Part shown: positions 58,545 through 64,000 of the stretch, one piece after another
Layout of the letters: each line of letters starts with the position of its first letter
Numbering within the stretch: the first letter of the stretch is position 1
IMG/VR virus record: IMGVR_UViG_3300032007_000010
Length of the DNA: 64,000 bases
Origin: a virus
Taxonomy: Duplodnaviria; Caudoviricetes
Strand: one strand, 5' to 3'
The notes under the pieces: model-generated
What the model saw: the letters and a program-made list of their open reading frames with translations, nothing else
Databases searched by the model: none
Told to the model about the DNA's origin: nothing
Made by a program: the position numbers and the translations under genes

Positions 58545-60380
58545 ATGGCAAAGAACAAGAGGAAACGTCGCAAAGTAATCGATCTCGGCGCATTCAATTT
58601 CATGAGCGCCGAAGATGGCGAAGAGCAATTTAACCCCAGCACAGAAGAATCAGCGAGCTCCATCGTAACGGTTGCGGTGGACGAAAATGACCGGCTCCCG
58701 CCCGACATCATCGAAAGGAAACTTCGGGAGGGAACCATTCCAAAGGTGGATGCGGGTTTCCGCACATCCAACAAGAAGGAGGATCTGTCACTAGAAAGAC
58801 TTCACCAATTCTACTTTGACGCACGCGTCAAGGAATATATTCGCACGGTCAACGGAGGCCGGTACATCAAATTCGAATTCGGGCGCATGCTCCAGGGCTA
58901 TGATGTGGACACCGATGAAAACGGTGAGAACGAAATCATCAAGAAACTCTCGTATGCGGAGATCTCCAAGAAGTCGTTCATCAACAACATGAACCTCACC
59001 ATGCGCTATGTGAACTACTTCATCACATACTTTGATCCGGACGATGAGCTCATGCGAGCATGCTTCATGATCATGCTTCAGCTTCATCTGAACCAGGTCA
59101 ACATCAATCCCGAGCAGTTCATTGATATGCTCTACTCGAACCTCGCCACCGAATCCATGATACGCAAGGTGGTGCGCATGGTCGAGTACAACACCGATGA
59201 ATCACTCATCAAAACATCCGACAACTCCTACGATGAATCCATCCAGCTCACGGTGGAACATCTCAAGGCAATCATGGGTATCAGCTGCTTCCACCGTTTT
59301 CTGATACCCCTCGTGAGCCATTATTATGTGATACGAAAGGATGAGGTGGATGCGGCGAGGCTAACCGACAAGAAGCTCTACGCCATGATATTTCGCTCGT
59401 TCACCGGGCTCTTTGACAAGGTGTATCACATTAACCTCTACGAGAAGCTGTACCACACAGCCACCACACGCGTGTCAAAGACCGAGAACTCTGATGCGCC
59501 GATGTGGCTTCGTCGAGCTCGCTTCGGCCAGACCCCGGCATCCTTCGTGAGCGAGCTCATGGATGATTATCTCATCGACATCTCCCAGAAGGTTGTCTTC
59601 AACCAGTCGGCCATCGTATTCATCCATGTGTGCTTCGACAAATCCATCAAGAATGAGCTTGTGCAGCCTGATAAGTATGAGATGTCCGACATGCGCATGG
59701 AAGCTTCCGATTCGGTCAACGAGACAATCTCGCGCTTCGATCGATGGCAGATGGATCGAACGAGCTATTCCGAGCGGGATCGACTGCGCGCCTACACCTC
59801 CATCCGCGACATGGTGACACGATTGGGCGCAGAGCAGGGGCTCCGATTCTATCTGATTCCGGACCAGCATGATCTCGCAAAGGTTTCGCCGGATCCGGAG
59901 ACCCAGGCCGAGTATGAGTTCTACCTGAAGCATACCCCCAGACCTTTCTCGGATACCCAGCTCTATCTGATCCAGCTCTACTGCGCCAAGGAGCTCAAAT
60001 CTGCGGCGGACGTGAAGATGATCGAGTACGAGGATCTCATCAAGATGATCATGATCATGAAGAGAGATCTGCGCAAGCGCAACTACTCGAACCTCCCGTT
60101 CTTCATCTCCTCCGAGCTCATACCGACAGGCTACAAGGGTTACACCAGACGCAAGGTGGATAAGCTCTACACGAGCAACCCGATGTACAAGGACTGGGTC
60201 GAACAGTTCCCGGACACCATCGACCAGCTCAACATGGAGAAATTCTACAACGAACTCAAGGTTGTCATTCTGAGCCCCTACCGCATCGTCGAATACAAGA
60301 GCGAGCTCAATGATGTGGTGGTGACACCGACCGAACTTGTCATAGTCGACGAGTGGTGCCGCTTCATGTGTGAGCTCTGA
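58545..60380 (+). CDS. Hypothetical protein (candidate nvRNAP specificity subunit by position only)
   Basis: 611 aa helical protein immediately upstream of the beta' gene; GGAGG RBS. Confidence 0.4.
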   Translation: MAKNKRKRRKVIDLGAFNFMSAEDGEEQFNPSTEESASSIVTVAVDENDRLPPDIIERKLREGTIPKVDAGFRTSNKKEDLSLERLHQFYFDARVKEYIRTVNGGRYIKFEFGRMLQGYDVDTDENGENEIIKKLSYAEISKKSFINNMNLTMRYVNYFITYFDPDDELMRACFMIMLQLHLNQVNINPEQFIDMLYSNLATESMIRKVVRMVEYNTDESLIKTSDNSYDESIQLTVEHLKAIMGISCFHRFLIPLVSHYYVIRKDEVDAARLTDKKLYAMIFRSFTGLFDKVYHINLYEKLYHTATTRVSKTENSDAPMWLRRARFGQTPASFVSELMDDYLIDISQKVVFNQSAIVFIHVCFDKSIKNELVQPDKYEMSDMRMEASDSVNETISRFDRWQMDRTSYSERDRLRAYTSIRDMVTRLGAEQGLRFYLIPDQHDLAKVSPDPETQAEYEFYLKHTPRPFSDTQLYLIQLYCAKELKSAADVKMIEYEDLIKMIMIMKRDLRKRNYSNLPFFISSELIPTGYKGYTRRKVDKLYTSNPMYKDWVEQFPDTIDQLNMEKFYNELKVVILSPYRIVEYKSELNDVVVTPTELVIVDEWCRFMCEL

Positions 60381-60406
60381 TACAAAATGAAAACAACCGC
60401 AACGAT

Positions 60407-60417
60407 CATATACTATA
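60407..60417 (+). promoter_or_regulatory. Putative early/middle promoter
   Basis: CATATACTATA. Confidence 0.6.
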
Positions 60418-60458
60418 GGTATGCATGACCAACATACCCATGGGAGGAATTACCAGAC

Positions 60459-62660
60459 ATGAGCAAGAACAAAAACAAATTGGCAAATCTCAATATTGAA
60501 ACGGAAGACATGTCAACTCTTCCAACCGGTGCGGACCTCTATCTCGGGGTACACACCAAGAAGCTCGAACTGAAGAAGGATCGCCGGAAGAAATTTATCC
60601 GGCCAATCTTCCTCTTCAGTCCAGACGATTATAGCGTCGATGACTTTGACCGTCAGTTCACTCGACTCTGTCAGATCGTCAACGTCTATGAACACAATCA
60701 GTCAGACTTCGAGTTCAACGCTCGAAACATCATCAACCATTTCAAGAAATACTATGGTGATACATCCACCTCGGTGATGACGCTCGGACAATCTATTCGG
60801 TTTCGTGTGCACAAGAAACAGAAGGAACCGTTCGAGCTCTCCCTCTTCCAGTTCCTGGTGAACTACACATTGCTCCTGATACCGGTGCTGATGGGAGCAA
60901 ATCTGGAGAATTGGAAGCCCTGGTCTCCGGAAAAATGGACAGCTGGAGGACACAATGCCCAGATGAACAAGCTGATTCGCATGTGTCGATCCCTCGGTTC
61001 CCCGCGTAGACTAGGAGAGTGCATCGAGTGGTCCAAGTATCTCATGGACCTATATTGCGCAAATGCTGGCGATCGCATCGGGCTTTCAATCTCCAACCAT
61101 GACTTCTATGTGCTCGCCGAGCGTTCTCCGCGAGCAAAGGAGCTCATGAACTGTGAGTATAAGCTTCCCGACGACCTCAAGCCCTCCGAGATCGAGTATC
61201 TTAAACAAAAGTATACCAAGGAATTGCTCGATATCATGGCCGCAAACACGGATCTACCGATTTCGATCTATGCGAGAAACGGACTCTTCAATCCCGGTCA
61301 GGCCGCAGAGTTCTTCGTGATGCAGGGATTCAAACCGGATCTCTACGATCACACCATTCCGATGACCCACAAGACCAACATCATCAAGGGTTTGAAGGAT
61401 CCTGTCGCATTCATGGTGGATGCCTACGGAGGTCGCAAGGCCGAGGTGCTCAAGCTCAACGTTTCCGATGCGGGCGCGCTGGAGCGTTCCCTGACCATGC
61501 TCCTATCGGGTGTGCGCTTTGTGGATCCCGACTACGAATGTTCTTCGATGCATTTCCGCATCCGTCACATCGAGAATGCATCGATGCTCGATCGACTCGA
61601 TGGACGTGTTGCAACTCTGGATCCAAAATCCGATGAGTATTTCATCATCGATCCGGAGGATACGAGTCTCCTCGACAAGACACTCTATGTGAAGACTCCG
61701 ATCACCTGCACCCATCCGCGGAGATCCGAAGGTTACATCTGCTCTGCTTGCTACGGCAAACTCATGGCAAACCTCAACTGCGACATACACATCGGAAAGG
61801 TCGCCGGTCTGAACCTGGCCGATGAGATGGAACAGAAGCTTCTGTCCGCGAAGCATGCACTCAACACCAACACAAACGACATCGTCTTTGACGACATCTT
61901 CAACGAGTTCTTTGACATGGATGTGGGGCATATTCATTTGAACACGGCCATGATCGACGAATCGGAGGATAACCCCGAACACTTCGACCAGCTGTTCCTC
62001 GAGTTCCACCTCGAATCCATGAAGAAGAACCAGGATGGCGAGGGTCGTCACTACGACAGATCGATCAACGAGATCATCGTCTATGACAAAGGATCCGATG
62101 CCCGATTCACCATCGCCGAAGAATCTGGGATTCCGATCTATCTGAGTCCTGAATTTGCGGTGGATATTTTCAAGTATATCATGGAGCGGACTCCGAACGG
62201 TGAAGCCATTCTCGTTCCATTCACGGATCTTGTTGATCATGGGAAAATTCTCTGCAACACCATCTTCGAGTATCAATACGAGAACAATGGCATCGCAAAG
62301 CCGCTCAACATGATCCAGGAGATTCTCGGCAAGACCGAGCGCATCCAATCCTTCGGAGACTACAATAACCTCCTGAACGGATTGGCACCGCTCTTTCTGG
62401 CAGGCGGAATTCATCTTCCCGAGTTCCAGCTCGAGCTGCTCGTCGGCGAACTGATCTTTGGACCCGGAGAGAAGCGCGTGGATTGGACCCTGGACGATCC
62501 GGAATATCATTTCTGCACAATCGACAAGGCCATCTACAACAGCCCCAGTCCCATCACATCCATCCTCTATCACGAGTCATCCGCCCAGCTCGGAGGAAAA
62601 TATGGGACATATGACAAGTCGGGAACCAGTGTCTACGACTGGTTTATGTACCGAGGATAA
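60459..62660 (+). CDS. Multisubunit RNA polymerase beta' subunit, C-terminal part (jumbo phage nvRNAP type)
   Basis: NIIKGL, GGRKA...DAGALER bridge helix, KTPITC...ICSACYG Zn site, HIGKVAG...EMEQKLLSAKH trigger loop. Confidence 0.88.
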   Translation: MSKNKNKLANLNIETEDMSTLPTGADLYLGVHTKKLELKKDRRKKFIRPIFLFSPDDYSVDDFDRQFTRLCQIVNVYEHNQSDFEFNARNIINHFKKYYGDTSTSVMTLGQSIRFRVHKKQKEPFELSLFQFLVNYTLLLIPVLMGANLENWKPWSPEKWTAGGHNAQMNKLIRMCRSLGSPRRLGECIEWSKYLMDLYCANAGDRIGLSISNHDFYVLAERSPRAKELMNCEYKLPDDLKPSEIEYLKQKYTKELLDIMAANTDLPISIYARNGLFNPGQAAEFFVMQGFKPDLYDHTIPMTHKTNIIKGLKDPVAFMVDAYGGRKAEVLKLNVSDAGALERSLTMLLSGVRFVDPDYECSSMHFRIRHIENASMLDRLDGRVATLDPKSDEYFIIDPEDTSLLDKTLYVKTPITCTHPRRSEGYICSACYGKLMANLNCDIHIGKVAGLNLADEMEQKLLSAKHALNTNTNDIVFDDIFNEFFDMDVGHIHLNTAMIDESEDNPEHFDQLFLEFHLESMKKNQDGEGRHYDRSINEIIVYDKGSDARFTIAEESGIPIYLSPEFAVDIFKYIMERTPNGEAILVPFTDLVDHGKILCNTIFEYQYENNGIAKPLNMIQEILGKTERIQSFGDYNNLLNGLAPLFLAGGIHLPEFQLELLVGELIFGPGEKRVDWTLDDPEYHFCTIDKAIYNSPSPITSILYHESSAQLGGKYGTYDKSGTSVYDWFMYRG

Positions 62661-62690
62661 ACACAGCGCTACCCACAAACACATTCAATC

Positions 62691-63224
62691 ATGAAAAGGA
62701 GTACCAGAACAATGCAAAATCAGAACAGCAGATTCGACCGCAACAACACGAAGAAAAACAATCAGAACAAACCTCGTGGGGAGCGCCGCCAGCGCACCGA
62801 ACGTCCGGATCCGGTACATACCAAGCTCCAGCAGATGCTGGCAGACTACTTCCAGGACCAGATCAACGAATTCTATCCTCGCTGGGATGAATTCAAGGGC
62901 GGCGTCATCGATGCGGATGCTTTCCGCGCCGAATGCCGCAAAACCCTGAAGCTGGCCGAATACCCCACCCGTTTCGAAGACCCCGAGAGCGGCGAGGTCA
63001 CGCTGCTCCGCACCGTCGAGCAGCAGCTACGCATGGACCGCGAGACCGGCGATCTGCAGCGCATCAGCATCACCTGTGTCGGCGTTGATGAGAGCGGCGA
63101 GTTCAATTACCATGTGGTGGCCTATCTGACCGACAGCGCTGAATCCATCACCGTGACTCCGCTGAGGGCTGACCACAACGGCCCCGACAGCTACAACCGC
63201 CTGCACGTTGGCGCGAAGCATTGA
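62691..63224 (+). CDS. Hypothetical protein
   Basis: Likely start MQNQNS (62712) after AAGGAG; hairpin 63235-63264 follows. Confidence 0.75.
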   Translation: MKRSTRTMQNQNSRFDRNNTKKNNQNKPRGERRQRTERPDPVHTKLQQMLADYFQDQINEFYPRWDEFKGGVIDADAFRAECRKTLKLAEYPTRFEDPESGEVTLLRTVEQQLRMDRETGDLQRISITCVGVDESGEFNYHVVAYLTDSAESITVTPLRADHNGPDSYNRLHVGAKH

Positions 63225-63296
63225 TGTTCACAGAAGCTGGAGAGGGTTCATTCCCTCTCCAGCTCATTCTCTGAAGAATGAAAGGAGCCAAGAACC

Positions 63297-63455
63297 ATGA
63301 AGCTCGCAAAGGCTAGTATCAAGGTGAAGTTCTGCTTCAACAACACATGCCCCATGCGCAAACCGCAGAGCGGCTGTGCCAACGCCGATGAGACTTGCAC
63401 CAAGAAAGGTTGTCCCCTGCGCAAGAAAACGCCGCTGCTAACATTGTCGAGGTGA
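63297..63455 (+). CDS. Small Cys-rich basic protein (52 aa)
   Basis: MKLAKASIKVKFCFNNTCPMRKPQSGCANADETCTKKGCPLRKK...; AAGGAG RBS; not in ORF track. Confidence 0.65.
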   Translation: MKLAKASIKVKFCFNNTCPMRKPQSGCANADETCTKKGCPLRKKTPLLTLSR

Positions 63456-63460
63456 CAAAG

Positions 63461-64000
63461 ATGGATGACTGGAGCGCGTTGGAAAAATACAGGGACGAGG
63501 ATGGTTTTGTCACCCTCGTCCCCCGTCATCCGATCAAGAAGCATGGATCAAATCGTAATCTTTTTGCGAAATCCTTGTCAAATGAGATTGTGCTGAGACA
63601 TGGTCACATCGCAATCACCAACTATCACATGGGCGACAACCGTGAATTTGAGAAATCTCTTTCGGTATGGGATGCGATCTATTTCAAATATCGTCTCATG
63701 TCAGGATACTATGTGGAAGAGCTGAACGAATTTCGCATCGGAAGAGGCTATGATCTCCACCGACTCACGAACTTCTTTCCGGGGCATTCGGTTCGAGTCG
63801 ACAATGATGCCTTCAAGGCGGATAACATTGACATTGACCTGTATACGGGTCCACGCGACGATTATCAGAAGGCGGCGTTGACCTTCACCGCGTGCCAGGG
63901 TCAATATTCCAGCAACTCACGCTATACCCAGCTCCTGCTGGAGCTGCAGGCTGGCTCGGGAAAGACCTTTCTGGCCATCGCAACCATCGCATTCTATCAG
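63461..64000 (+). CDS. SF2 helicase, N-terminal part (runs off window)
   Basis: Own translation: MDDWSALEKYRDEDGFVTLVPR...PRDDYQ (Q motif)...LQAGSGKT (Walker A); GAGGTG RBS. Confidence 0.85.
   Translation, partial: MDDWSALEKYRDEDGFVTLVPRHPIKKHGSNRNLFAKSLSNEIVLRHGHIAITNYHMGDNREFEKSLSVWDAIYFKYRLMSGYYVEELNEFRIGRGYDLHRLTNFFPGHSVRVDNDAFKADNIDIDLYTGPRDDYQKAALTFTACQGQYSSNSRYTQLLLELQAGSGKTFLAIATIAFYQ

Noticed and set aside
1-64000. Stop-codon reassignment as in some large gut phages; additional DGR target VRs; tRNA genes
   Set aside because: Genes are full length under the standard code and end in TAA, TGA and TAG; no second VR or cloverleaf noticed by eye (a scan could still find weak cases).

Overview
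This window is a 64 kb segment of a GC-rich jumbo bacteriophage of the phiKZ/AR9-related type. It carries a multisubunit RNA polymerase beta' C-terminal subunit with an SF2 helicase shortly downstream, a truncated (split-type) family-B DNA polymerase, primase, portal, chaperonin and head proteins studded with Glu cleavage-like sites. The host is probably Gram-positive/Clostridia-like, inferred from the CHAP/lysozyme/NlpC endolysin, GGAGG Shine-Dalgarno sites and Tad1. Accessory content: (1) a complete diversity-generating retroelement (target-VR, avd, TR, RT; 13.0-17.4 kb). (2) A solo RAMP/Cas7-like gene (46147-47283) followed by a terminator-bounded non-coding tract with strong 5-nt periodicity; this is the best candidate for an RNA-guided system and is not a CRISPR array. 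(3) A short peptide motif shared by the DGR Avd, the DGR RT and the phage helicase. (4) A paralogous family of probable virion proteins with a caspase-like HG...SC dyad. (5) PPK1, Tad1 and a MazG-like protein. (6) A serine recombinase broken by a 16-nt insertion in its catalytic motif. (7) A -1 frameshift tail-chaperone-like gene pair. Two recurrent phage promoter motifs are readable. No tRNA, rRNA or CRISPR array was seen. All family calls come from visual motif recognition; no searches were run.
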